Origin: a virus
Lineage: Duplodnaviria; Caudoviricetes
Virus record (IMG/VR): IMGVR_UViG_3300005077_000629
Location: 1-42,793 of that record
DNA length: 42,793 nt
Direction: 5' to 3' (one strand)
In this document: positions 1 to 10,000 of the stretch, piece after piece
Layout: the number at the start of each line of letters is the position of its first letter
Position numbering within the stretch: position 1 is the first letter of the stretch
Made by a program: the position numbers and the translations under genes
Notes under the pieces: generated by a model
Seen by the model: only the letters and a program-made list of their open reading frames with translations
Database searches by the model: none
Told to the model about the DNA's origin: nothing

Positions 1-99
1 GACGTGGCCAGAATACCGGATCACCTCGAAGTTATCCCAAGAACAAATCGTGCGTTCTATGATGCTGCCGGTACCATCGACATCCGGTACCGCAGAATA
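1..99. repeat. Terminal direct repeat, left copy (99 bp; circular contig overlap)
   Basis: Bases 1-99 (gacgtggcc...cgcagaata) are identical to 42695-42793, and an ORF starting at 42455 continues in frame across the junction. Confidence 0.97.
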
Positions 100-117
100 G
101 AAGTTCTGTCTCTGTGA
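1..117 (+). CDS. 3' part of origin-spanning hypothetical protein (starts at 42455; 118 aa in total)
   Basis: The frame from ATG 42455 continues DVARIPDHLEV...RRIEVLSL to TGA at 115-117, which overlaps the GTG start of the next gene (GTGA). Confidence 0.85.
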   Translation, partial: DVARIPDHLEVIPRTNRAFYDAAGTIDIRYRRIEVLSL

Positions 118-614
118 CCAGGCCAACAAATAACCCGGACGGCGCACCACGAAAGGGAACCGCAATCTCAGAACGCCGCCGGGAACTGCTCATGAAGCCG
201 CACAAGATCAACCTGCAGACCGTTGAATTCCAATGGTTGCGCCTATTTGTGGACCGTAAAACACAGGTCACGCTGCCGCTGATAGATATCATCGTCTATC
301 GGCGGCTTTACCTATTTGTGTGTGACCAACTATCTATCAACCCGGAAACAGGTGCTGAGGTCTTACTGCATCCATCGAATGACCGCCTGATAAATACAAT
401 GCTGGATCGTGCAGAAGGTCCGATCATCGACCAGGAATTGCTGCAATCCCTGGGTGCTGCAGGAAATGCAGCAGGTAACACACTGAACGCAGGAACACTT
501 GTCGTGCACCTGGACACACCGCCCGAAGCGAAAGGCATCCTGGAACGATCACAGTCCAGGATGCTTGAAGATGGGGAAATACCAATAGAAAAGAATGTGA
601 CCCCGAAGGAATAG
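114..614 (+). CDS. terS: Probable terminase small subunit (DUF5681-like)
   Basis: N-terminal NNPDGAPRKG resembles the (G)NPxGRPKG motif; LDRAEGP resembles the LDRxEGK motif of small terminases. It is coupled to the upstream stop codon. Confidence 0.6.
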   Translation: MTRPTNNPDGAPRKGTAISERRRELLMKPHKINLQTVEFQWLRLFVDRKTQVTLPLIDIIVYRRLYLFVCDQLSINPETGAEVLLHPSNDRLINTMLDRAEGPIIDQELLQSLGAAGNAAGNTLNAGTLVVHLDTPPEAKGILERSQSRMLEDGEIPIEKNVTPKE

Positions 615-648
615 AAAAGCCCCCGGTGATGGCGTCCCGGGGACTTTC
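614..648 (-). terminator. Intrinsic terminator ending the late operon, probably bidirectional
   Basis: Minus strand reads AAAGTCCCCGG-GACGCCATCA-CCGGGGGCTTTT, an 11-bp stem with one G-U, between convergent genes. Confidence 0.75.
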
Positions 649-699
649 CCATTAAGGAGGGTAGAGGAGAATGAACCTGTTGATCCAAAGATAGCAGGA

Positions 700-1116
700 T
701 CAGAAGGCACTGTCAATAGGCTCTTTTCTATTCTCCCCGTAGTTGTTCTGTGAAGTAATCCAGCCCAGTGCCGACAACACGACACCAGCAACAATCTTAT
801 AGTAGGGTGTGATTACAGCCAGCACCTCCGGTGCCTGAAGTAAATACATAGCAGCGACAGACACAAGGACTGCCGCAGCAATCATGATGGTGAATTTCAG
901 CTTACGGTGCAGGTTGTGCCACCAGGAAAAATCTTCAAGCAGCAGGCTGACAACCTTATTGATTGCCCAAACGCTGCCCGCCCCGGTGACAAACCAGATA
1001 AGCACCGCCTCCAACTGATACGGATCAGGCTGTTCCCCGGCATCCGCTGCAGCAGGCTGCACGAATACAAAGAGAGACAGCAACAACACGGATACAATAT
1101 AGCCCATCTTTTTCAT
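700..1116 (-). CDS. Holin-like membrane protein
   Basis: 138 aa with a signal-like N-terminus plus about three hydrophobic segments and a charged C-terminus. It is the last gene of the lysis cassette, with an AAGGAG RBS. Confidence 0.6.
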   Translation of the reverse strand: MKKMGYIVSVLLLSLFVFVQPAAADAGEQPDPYQLEAVLIWFVTGAGSVWAINKVVSLLLEDFSWWHNLHRKLKFTIMIAAAVLVSVAAMYLLQAPEVLAVITPYYKIVAGVVLSALGWITSQNNYGENRKEPIDSAF

Positions 1117-1493
1117 TTCACTTGCTCCTTTCGATCCTCTTTCTTGGAAGATACCACAGAATCACGGATCAGGTGTAAGGACGATACTGCATCTGTTGTG
1201 AAGCTGTCCATCCGTTCGTCATGACGTTGCATCATTGTAGTGTACTCTGCAAGTACGCAATGGATTCTGTTTAGCTCAGTGAATATGCGGCCAAACGCTT
1301 CAGTAGACTTTGCCCGCTCCTGTTCCAGGAAGGCTATGAAGTTGCCGTTCTGAACTTCCAGGAACGATCGCCACTCCTTATCCCGTACAGCACGTTCAGA
1401 AGCCTGCCCTTTCAACATCTGCAGCGTGAACCAGATAAATAATCCGACAAGAGGGACCTGTACAAGCAGCCCTATCCAATCTGTTTCATTCAT
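1113..1493 (-). CDS. Lysis-cassette membrane protein (N-terminal TM + coiled coil; holin/antiholin-like)
   Basis: WIGLLVQVPLVGLFIWFTL TM segment followed by a charged helical region; overlaps both neighbouring genes. Confidence 0.6.
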   Translation of the reverse strand: MNETDWIGLLVQVPLVGLFIWFTLQMLKGQASERAVRDKEWRSFLEVQNGNFIAFLEQERAKSTEAFGRIFTELNRIHCVLAEYTTMMQRHDERMDSFTTDAVSSLHLIRDSVVSSKKEDRKEQVK

Positions 1494-2427
1494 TCACCAC
1501 CTCCACGGTAACACCTGGGTCTGCCTGGATGCTGACCTTTACCTTTTTATCATCTGGATCAGGGACAGGCTGCGATGGTGAAAGCATTTCCCCTATGCTT
1601 GTAATCTGGTCAATGTATTCCACCTCGAAAACGTTCTTGTTCGGATTGCCTGGTCCTCCAATGAGGAAGTCATAGCTCCACCAGCTACGCCCCGGGCATC
1701 CATACGTTACCGTGGCATTGTATGCTGCGAGCATTTGCGCCGGTGTTGTGTTCCAGTGGATCGTTTTCTTGACCGTCTTTTTCCCTTCACGGACATAGAT
1801 GGTCGTGTCCTGTGCGAACGCTGCCAGCATCGGGTAAGTTCTGTCTGCGGTCCAACCTGCAAGGCGTGCATATTCATCCAGACAATCCGCTATCTGGCCA
1901 CCGCCCCAGGAAGGAACGAAGCTGCCCATCGGATAGCACATCGGCGCAATGTAGTCCATTCCTTCCAGGAACGCTTTGACCGGTGTCTTAGGATGCACTG
2001 ACGGCTTCCAATGACTGCATAATCCGATAGGACCTGAGTACCCACCCCGGCGAATGTCCGATACCTGCTTCCTGGCAAATGCTTCCCTGCTGCTCGTTGA
2101 TACCGGTGCTCGTGCTTCCCACTGTGATTCGACATCACACAGTGCACTTTCAGGGGAAAGGTTCTTCAGCGTATTGCCGAACAGGTTCGCTTCATTTGCC
2201 CATGCGTACATCATCATCCACGCATGGAAAGCAAGCCCCTGACGCTCAGCTTCCCGGCGCAGCGTTTCCACCCCGGCGAATGTCTGGGTATCCAGCCCAT
2301 CCTGCACCTTAACAATCAGACTGTCACAGTTCATCTGCTTTGCTACAGAGCAAATATCCTGGACGTTCCCACGAAAGAGACGTTCCCAATGCCAGATAAC
2401 CAATCCGTTTTTCATTGTCAAAGTCAT
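1486..2427 (-). CDS. Endolysin, glycoside-hydrolase TIM-barrel type
   Basis: Start reassigned to ATG 2427 behind a GGAGGA RBS. Motifs GLVIW, LIVKVQDG, FHAW, LCDVE, IAPMCY and SWWSYD fit a GH TIM barrel; it lies next to the holin-like genes. Confidence 0.65.
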   Translation of the reverse strand: MTLTMKNGLVIWHWERLFRGNVQDICSVAKQMNCDSLIVKVQDGLDTQTFAGVETLRREAERQGLAFHAWMMMYAWANEANLFGNTLKNLSPESALCDVESQWEARAPVSTSSREAFARKQVSDIRRGGYSGPIGLCSHWKPSVHPKTPVKAFLEGMDYIAPMCYPMGSFVPSWGGGQIADCLDEYARLAGWTADRTYPMLAAFAQDTTIYVREGKKTVKKTIHWNTTPAQMLAAYNATVTYGCPGRSWWSYDFLIGGPGNPNKNVFEVEYIDQITSIGEMLSPSQPVPDPDDKKVKVSIQADPGVTVEVVNE

Positions 2428-2455
2428 AGTAGTATCCTCCTGATAATGTTGTAGT

Positions 2456-3211
2456 TCAAATACCCTGCGGAACAAGTAATCCGTTCTTTTTCCTCGCCCA
2501 CCCGGAAGGATCATGATAAGGAAATTCTTCCCGTACAGGACGCTTCAGGATGTCTTTCGCTTTCTCGATGAAGCAACCGCCGAATATCTTGCTGCCGCCT
2601 TTTGACTGTTCCGGTAGGAAAATGACCGGACCGATGCCGTAAGCGGAGGTGCTGGTCGTCCATCCCAGTGTCGGTGTTCCGCTGCCGGAAGCAGAATATT
2701 CTGAAGCAACTCCACGGCTCCCGGCAGATGAATTCCCGAGAACAATACTCGATAGCTGTGTCTGGCCGGATTCATCAGAAGGCGACCAGGCTCCACCTTT
2801 CTCACATCCATGTGCCAGCCAGAACATGCCACTTTTTGCATGGCTGTCTGCCCAAGTCCGATCGGTTGAGCCAAAACTTTGTGACGAATAATCGACATCG
2901 GGGATATCAACACCCTTGTAGCAAGCCAGATGGATTTGCTCATAGGTGCTTGCTGTTCGCCAGTAGATTGTCGTTGTCCCCTCCCCGGACACTTCTCGAT
3001 AGTAGTATCCCTGTACCCCGGCCAGGTCCACTTTCGTGAAGTCATTCCCAACCGTGCTGTTTTCTCGCACCCAGGACCCCTGATCGTTTTCGCCACAGAC
3101 AAATGCAACGGCAATCCTGCCGTTACCGGAACCTAAATCAAGCGACACACTGCGGGTTGACCCTGCCGTATTTGTGCTGTCGTAAGTTGTGCCTGTACGT
3201 TCGACGCCCAT
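2456..3211 (-). CDS. Tail fibre/receptor-binding-like virion protein
   Basis: G/S/T-rich, beta-type 251-aa protein at the distal end of the tail module, coupled to the upstream gene. Confidence 0.5.
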   Translation of the reverse strand: MGVERTGTTYDSTNTAGSTRSVSLDLGSGNGRIAVAFVCGENDQGSWVRENSTVGNDFTKVDLAGVQGYYYREVSGEGTTTIYWRTASTYEQIHLACYKGVDIPDVDYSSQSFGSTDRTWADSHAKSGMFWLAHGCEKGGAWSPSDESGQTQLSSIVLGNSSAGSRGVASEYSASGSGTPTLGWTTSTSAYGIGPVIFLPEQSKGGSKIFGGCFIEKAKDILKRPVREEFPYHDPSGWARKKNGLLVPQGI

Positions 3212-4303
3212 CTACCGCCTCCATCCCCACAGCGCAACGGACAACCAGGTTGCCGTGTCGAAGTCCCCGGTGATCGCCAGTCTCCAGGACTTGCTGCCGA
3301 ACTGCCTGGTGATCCCTGACAGCGTGGTGTCGCTCTTGAACTGTTCGGAGGAATGATCCCAGGCCGTAAGCACGGTTGCCGGTGCAGCACCCACGTTCCC
3401 ATACAGGATGTCCGCTTCCCCGTCACCTGACCCGTCTGTGCTGGAATAGATACCCATCAGGTAGAACGGTGGTGCCCATGGCCACTCAGCCGGCGAAGCA
3501 GCTGTCGTAACAGCCGCCCCACCGCCATCCACATACAGACCGATGAGGACCATCTGCACGTTGCTGGCAATCTCCACCCAGTTTGTGCCGTCATACACCA
3601 GGACAATGCTGCTGACATCTTCATCAGACAGTGCCTTATCAACCCCGCCCGACAAAACGATATTTCCCGCCCCGCTGTCAATCGTGATCACCTGGGCCCC
3701 GGCACGCAGTACAACCACATCGCCAGCCGTGCCGCCGCTGATGGTCGTAAGCACATCTGCAGCAGAACCTTCACCAAGGACGGTATACATCCCATCATCG
3801 CCTACTGTTACTGCACCAGACGAAATTGTAAGATCACTTCCAGGCGCAGCCAGCAGCCTGGAAGCACTTGCTTCAACATCAGAAATGCGCCCGGCAACGG
3901 TTCCCGCTGCACTCCCGGTTGTATCAACGTCTAGCCCAAGTGTTTCTTGAAGGTTCTCGATCCCACGTATCAATTGACTATACTGTGGTGCAGACAGCCC
4001 GAAGTATAGATCGTCATCTGCCCCCGCTGTATGCGAAACTGCGCTTGAACCGTTCTCTCCACGGCTGATTGTCAATGTCTTGCTGCCGTCATCCTTTGCC
4101 GTCACCCAAACAAATTCGCCTGAAGCGAACCTGGCAAGGTATGGAATAGGAACGTCTGACGTATCCTCATTCACAGTACAGGTCGTGTCTACATCCGTAA
4201 TAGAGGATGCAAGGGTAAGAACCAGGCTATCAACTGGAAACCCGAAAAAGGTATCCTCGTCATCAAAGGCTGAAGGGAACTGAATAGTAGTCGGTGCGCT
4301 CAT
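3212..4303 (-). CDS. Virion tail-associated structural protein
   Basis: Acidic G/S/T/D-rich 363 aa. The E...VTAK...LTISRG...AVSH segment resembles common phage tail beta-domains; GAGG RBS. Confidence 0.55.
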   Translation of the reverse strand: MSAPTTIQFPSAFDDEDTFFGFPVDSLVLTLASSITDVDTTCTVNEDTSDVPIPYLARFASGEFVWVTAKDDGSKTLTISRGENGSSAVSHTAGADDDLYFGLSAPQYSQLIRGIENLQETLGLDVDTTGSAAGTVAGRISDVEASASRLLAAPGSDLTISSGAVTVGDDGMYTVLGEGSAADVLTTISGGTAGDVVVLRAGAQVITIDSGAGNIVLSGGVDKALSDEDVSSIVLVYDGTNWVEIASNVQMVLIGLYVDGGGAAVTTAASPAEWPWAPPFYLMGIYSSTDGSGDGEADILYGNVGAAPATVLTAWDHSSEQFKSDTTLSGITRQFGSKSWRLAITGDFDTATWLSVALWGWRR

Positions 4304-4311
4304 GCTGCCTC

Positions 4312-6597
4312 CTATAGATACTGTGCGCCAGTTGCAGTAGACCCTGCACTATCTCCGGGGAAGTATGATGCACCACCGCTTCCCGTGTCAATAACAGAGT
4401 TCGTTGAAGCATCATACCTCACACCGGTTATTGTATATGCTCCAAGCGTGAAAGTTGTTGATGCACAACGGAGTAAACTGAGATTGCTTACATTGGCAAA
4501 ACTTGTAGCAAAGTCTACGTCATCCTGGAATGTCACGACAATACCACCTGCTGAAATGTAACTCTGGTTTGTGGACACAAAGAACACTGGTGCATCACCG
4601 ACCACATAGAAGTCATCCGTCATGTAGATGCTGCTTCTCGCAAACGCACCAATATGACCAGCCCCACAATCTCCGAATACGATATCTGATGCTACCAATA
4701 TGGCATTGTTTGAAGTCGCAATGCCGTACCAGTTTGCTTCTACCTTGAAGCCTTCCACATGCCACACAACACTGACATTCGATTCTGTAATCGCATTGGT
4801 AAGACTTGAACTGACAACTACACTTGAAGGGTTTGTTGTGTTTCCACGAAGAACAAGCTGATCGCCTGACGTACTGTTTGAATGAGAAAAGCCAAGGCAC
4901 TCTTTCAATTGAACAGCTTCACTGTACGTTCCTGGACCGACCTGCACAATGACTTGATACCCGGCCAGGTTCAACTGTGCAACGGTGTCTACTGCCTGCT
5001 GAATTGTAAGGAAAGCACCGTCTGCCGTGTCGCTCAGTCCATCATTGCTATCGCTTCCATCTTTACGAACATAGTACGTCCGATCATCTGTAAGTGTATC
5101 CAGGACTGCCGTCAGTGTTCGTTCAATCTCTGTACTACCATCCTTCACACGAACCTTCAGGCTGCCATTGTCATCAGCCCATATAATTGCTTTACCGTCC
5201 CAATAGTCAGGACTATCTTCACGACTTGCAAACGTTACTCTATTCGCCTGCAGTCCATTGTCGTCCAGGACCAGGTTCCCGGCATCCGTCTGAATTGTCA
5301 AGCCGTCCTCATAACTGTAAATGAAGTGCCTATCCTCGTCACCAATCGCAACGCCGTATACATCTTCTATGATGCTCAGGAAGCCATTCAGTAAACCAAG
5401 ACGTGCGACATCTGTAATGTGATACGGGTGCGGTCCGAATCTCCGTGCTACTCCAAAGTACGGACCGTAAGAACGTGATCCTTCCAGGGTAAGAAAGCCG
5501 CCCTCCTGGTCACAGGGACCACCCCCGAACATTCCTTCTCCAAATTGCAGCTCACCAAATAACGGCATCTGATCAGGGTATATTGCAGCACCCGTGCTAT
5601 GAATGGACGTTCCCGCATATAAATCATAAGATGATCCACCATCTGCTGAACGCTCCACCTGATAACTGTATCCACCTGATACAGCCGTGTATTCACTCAG
5701 TACACGTATCCATTCCTTTGTCCCTGCGGACGGGACAATGTAAAGAACATCGTTCTTCTGGAATACTGGGTCAGTAAAGACAATCTCATTGTCAGTGGAT
5801 AGCGCATCGACTGCGATGGTTGTCCCTTCCGCTATCCGCTGCCGCCCTGCGATAACAGATACCTGTTCCGTTTTGAACACTGACGCTACAATCTCTCCCC
5901 TTGTGCGCACATCGTTGAACTCAGCGTTCCCGCTGCTATCAATCCGATAGCCGGATACACCTGAAGCGTAGTTCGCTGACTGCATGGTGCCCTGGATGAT
6001 GGCATTGAGCATGTATACGGTTCCATCCCACTTCACCCGGAAATCAGCATCATCCGGGTCCTCTGCGCCAGCCCATATAACCCATCCATCTTCATTATCG
6101 CCTGCTATGTGCGCAGAATTTGCACCGCTTCCAATGTCAAGCTGCCCGGTAATCTCCCCTCCTTCAGCATATATCTCCCCAATCAGCTTCAGCAGGCTTC
6201 CTGTCCACGCAAGGTAATTACCGTTTGCATCACCGACAAACATCTTGTACACGTTCTCATGTTTCCCCATCCAGATACCAGCCTGCTGCAGATAGTTGAC
6301 CATATCCCCCATCGCTAGAGCAGGAAGGTTGCTGTCAATTCTTACACGCTCATTATCTGCTGCCAGGAAACCATCTTCAAGTTGCCACCCTGATATATTT
6401 CCTCCACCCGGGTTAAGTTCAGAATATCTTGTCGTAACACGTGCGCCAATTGCGCCGCCGGTTCCTATCCTGGCTGACACATCGTTTGCACGAGCTTCAA
6501 GCTGGTCCAGGGCACTGGCGAATTCCATTGTCTTATCAATGTTTGTCCCATCCTTAAGCGAAAAGAGGTCCAGGAATAAGTCTGATAACTTAGGCAT
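4312..6597 (-). CDS. Tail fibre/tailspike with C-terminal pectin-lyase-like beta-helix
   Basis: SANYASGVSGYRIDSSGNAEFN is a typical tail-fibre motif; TYYVRKDGSDSNDG...AFLTIQQAVD is a typical start of a parallel beta-helix domain. Confidence 0.7.
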   Translation of the reverse strand: MPKLSDLFLDLFSLKDGTNIDKTMEFASALDQLEARANDVSARIGTGGAIGARVTTRYSELNPGGGNISGWQLEDGFLAADNERVRIDSNLPALAMGDMVNYLQQAGIWMGKHENVYKMFVGDANGNYLAWTGSLLKLIGEIYAEGGEITGQLDIGSGANSAHIAGDNEDGWVIWAGAEDPDDADFRVKWDGTVYMLNAIIQGTMQSANYASGVSGYRIDSSGNAEFNDVRTRGEIVASVFKTEQVSVIAGRQRIAEGTTIAVDALSTDNEIVFTDPVFQKNDVLYIVPSAGTKEWIRVLSEYTAVSGGYSYQVERSADGGSSYDLYAGTSIHSTGAAIYPDQMPLFGELQFGEGMFGGGPCDQEGGFLTLEGSRSYGPYFGVARRFGPHPYHITDVARLGLLNGFLSIIEDVYGVAIGDEDRHFIYSYEDGLTIQTDAGNLVLDDNGLQANRVTFASREDSPDYWDGKAIIWADDNGSLKVRVKDGSTEIERTLTAVLDTLTDDRTYYVRKDGSDSNDGLSDTADGAFLTIQQAVDTVAQLNLAGYQVIVQVGPGTYSEAVQLKECLGFSHSNSTSGDQLVLRGNTTNPSSVVVSSSLTNAITESNVSVVWHVEGFKVEANWYGIATSNNAILVASDIVFGDCGAGHIGAFARSSIYMTDDFYVVGDAPVFFVSTNQSYISAGGIVVTFQDDVDFATSFANVSNLSLLRCASTTFTLGAYTITGVRYDASTNSVIDTGSGGASYFPGDSAGSTATGAQYL

Positions 6598-7009
6598 TAT
6601 TCACCCCGAACATAGCAGTCACGGAAGCAAGTGCAGCTTCCTTTGTGTTCGTGTCTGCACTGTATAGGACTTTGTGCGAAAAGTATACGCCTTTGTAATA
6701 GGCATCAATAAAGGCACGCTTCCCACGATCCTCCTCACTTTGTTGGCCACTGTGCCAGTATTCACCATCAACGAACAGAGGTGTTGCCATAGGTGCTGTA
6801 CGCACAATGAAATCAACACGAATATCACCAAGTCTGCTGCCGTCTCCACGAAGCACGGTCTGGTAATCGAACTTCCAGTTCAGTTCCGTAAGTGCCCAGG
6901 CTGTATTCGCCTCGTTTGTGCTGTCTGCAGGTATCCCTGCAATCACGAGTTCTGCAGGGTCTACCAGCCTTCCTTCATCCTGGACAACATCAATACGATC
7001 AGGACTCAT
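6590..7009 (-). CDS. Vsr/DUF559-like PD-(D/E)XK endonuclease
   Basis: RVDFIV...LFVDGEYWH...EDRGKR matches the DF...(F/E)VDGxxWH...DxxR pattern; overlaps both neighbours. Confidence 0.6.
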   Translation of the reverse strand: MSPDRIDVVQDEGRLVDPAELVIAGIPADSTNEANTAWALTELNWKFDYQTVLRGDGSRLGDIRVDFIVRTAPMATPLFVDGEYWHSGQQSEEDRGKRAFIDAYYKGVYFSHKVLYSADTNTKEAALASVTAMFGVNNA

Positions 7010-10000
7010 CGAGTTGTATCAGTACACCCCGACCAAGCAGGGTGTTCCTGTCCTCCGTCTTACTGACGTCTATCGGACGGTCATCTGCAAATTCAAATAG
7101 AACGTACCTGTCTCGCAGCGGTTTATATGTAGAGTATGCAACCTTCAATACGGTGAGATTACTTTCCAGTTCCCGGAGGTCATCGAACCATTCAGTAATA
7201 TCATCGTAGTCCTGTGTCTTTCCAGAATTCACAAGAGACTTTCCACGGTCTATCAATTGGAACGTGAAAGGATACGTTGATTTTTTCCTGATCCTTCCGA
7301 TTATTTCAAGCAGGCTTGCCAGCACCCGTGGCGTTTGAGAATTATCGTCAGTAAGCAGGCGAAGTCTATATCTCATTCGCCTGCCTTTTGCGCTGTAATC
7401 ATCTGTTATCGGTATCTCTTGAATTGGAGAAACATCAAAGTCATCTGTTATCGCAGTCCAGGCATCATCGTCATTTGCATCATCAAGCTGATACTCAACC
7501 TTCACGTATCTGCTGCCAGGAGAAAGGTTCTCGCTGAACAATTTGATACTGTCCCACAGTTTAGGCACATCCCGCATGGACATATAAAACCATGACGTGA
7601 CCACAACAGATTCATGAGTGAACCGGTAAGCTGCATCGTAATACGAATTGAAATTGCTTATCGCCAATGGAACCCATAAGATATCACCGCCCATGCTGAT
7701 CCACAGTCTATCAGGCAATTCACTTCCTGGAATTGGTTGCACGAACGCATCACGAATACGCAGCCCTGCCCTGGGTGCCCTGTAAAGCTCATGCCATCCA
7801 CCGTTCCTGTACACAAGAACGGAAGATATGTTGTCATCGCCCCCGTCTACGCAAGCGACAATGTGGCCAGGAAAAGCGAGCAGCTTATATACAGGTCCCA
7901 TTCTGTCTGCAGGAAGTCCTGCATCCCTATTAGGACCAAAGTCCTGCAGTGTTGACCGGTAATATCTTTCCAGGCCGTACAGCATCGACCATACAAGATA
8001 TGTGTCAAAAGTGCAGTGCGCCCTGCCGTTCAGTTCAGACTTTACAGCCTTCATCTCAGCAAGTGGTATTGGCTGCGGCACCATATTCCTTACCTCATAT
8101 ACCATCGTTTCAGTAAGGACATGCGGAACAGCAGGCTCCCCATACAGTTCAATCCCAGTGATCTTTTCGTATCCGGTCCCGATCTTCACGGATTGTTCTT
8201 CTGGTATGAGATTGTGAAATTGCAATGTGATGGTTACATCATCTTCCTGTTCCGTGGCCAGGTTGATACCAACGGAACGCACCTCCTCAGCTTCCTCTAA
8301 CTCTATCAAGTCCAGGTCAAGCTCCATTGTGTAATCGCCGCCAGGACCGTAACTTATATTCTTCTGTATCGCCGGGAAGTCAACAACAAAGAACGGGGCA
8401 CCGCACAAAGCAGCATCATCAATACATAGCTGCAGGTCTCCCGCTGCCAGCGTGACAGATGATTTTATTGATATCTCAATCTTTGTGAACCTTCTCCAAT
8501 CTTCAACGTCAACGCTGTCTGATCCGATAAGACCAGTTGTGAAGTCCGCATCTATCGTGAATACTGTTTTGTTCCCACCCTTATAATCAGCACTCACGTC
8601 TGAAATGTTTGCTTCCTCCATGAATTCATCGGAGTTCGATCTATACGGTCTCGCAGCCAGGATGCCATCATCGAACGAATGGGGAGCATAAGCCCTGGTC
8701 AGTGTTGTATTTCCCTCGGCATTGTCGTTGTTCCTGGCAAGCCACAGGACTGGTCCCAGGTAAGGATCATTCTCTGCCATCAGGAAGGTTGCCTGCTGAT
8801 CCTCGCTGCCGAATTGCTTATCCCACAGTTCGCCCTCCGCATGTTCTTCCAGCTTGCGAATATTCCTGATGTTTGTCGCAGCCTGACCTTCACCGCACGC
8901 AAGATATACGATGTTATCTGCTATCGCCACATCAGTGAACGGATAATCCCCTGTTTGCTGCAGCGTGAACCGATCACTTGCAAGCACAACATACTGAGTA
9001 ATGTCCTGGCCGCTTCCAAGATGGGTTATGCTCCATGTATCATCACATGTTGCAACACCGCTTGCTGATGCCGTGATCTTCCTCCATGGTTGTTCTTCCT
9101 GAACGCCCATTCCATCAATGATCCGTGCAATGCAATCTGCAACTTCATCGCTTGCCCATCCTGTTTGAGTTGCATCATTCAGTTTTGTCTTATCCCCTGA
9201 GTTCGTGTCCGCAGCACCACGGTATCCATTCATGTACACCTTGCCTGCAGTCCCGTTGTCCGGCCTTGTCGCTACATACAACTGTCCTTTGTACTCAAAG
9301 AACATTGCAACGACTGACGCATCCTGGTCTGTCACCCTGTAGTAAAGTCCTTCTGTTGCTGCCGTCCAGGAAGCTGCATCGTTGGATACTTCAGTCGTTC
9401 CTGCTGCGTCCGGGTTCATTGCAACTTCCCAGTGATTTTCGTCATCGTCTGCAGCAGCAGCAGCAATTGCAATCCTGTATGTTGTCCCGGACACAAGTGC
9501 TTGTGTCGTTGCCCAGTCGAATACCTGGAATACAGAAACGACATCGCCAGGAAGGTCTGCTGCATCAAGCGTGATTGACTTCAAAGTGGATGATCTATCA
9601 ACGTTGTACAGGCTTACGGTAAGTCCTGCAGCAGGTGTGCCAACCTTCCTTATCCAGAATTCAGCCTTGTCTGCATTGTACGATGCCGATGCAGCAAACG
9701 ACCTGTCAACATGACGTGTGCTTCCGTACAATGCCATCCAGGAAACTGATCCGGGAAGAATAAAGTCCTGGTTTCGTAATCCAAGAGCATACGTTTCCTG
9801 GCCACCGCATACAATCTGACCAGACACATGGGTTGTCGCACGATAGCTGTCATAAAACCGATTGCGTGCCTTCTCAAAGTGTGTGTTTGCACGTCCACCG
9901 GACCAATCATCCTGATCTTCTGGCGCAAACGGTGCCTCAAAGTCATCGTATGTCGGGCTTCCCTGCATTGTCTTTAGGGACGTGCTAGGCTCACCCTGCC

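Noticed and set aside
671-694. Plus-strand mini-ORF MNLLIQR behind a strong SD
   Set aside because: Seven codons, downstream of the terminator hairpin with no evident promoter; better read as anti-SD tracts on the minus strand.
2456-6597. Diversity-generating retroelement targeting tail fibres
   Set aside because: No reverse transcriptase and no TR/VR repeat pair seen.
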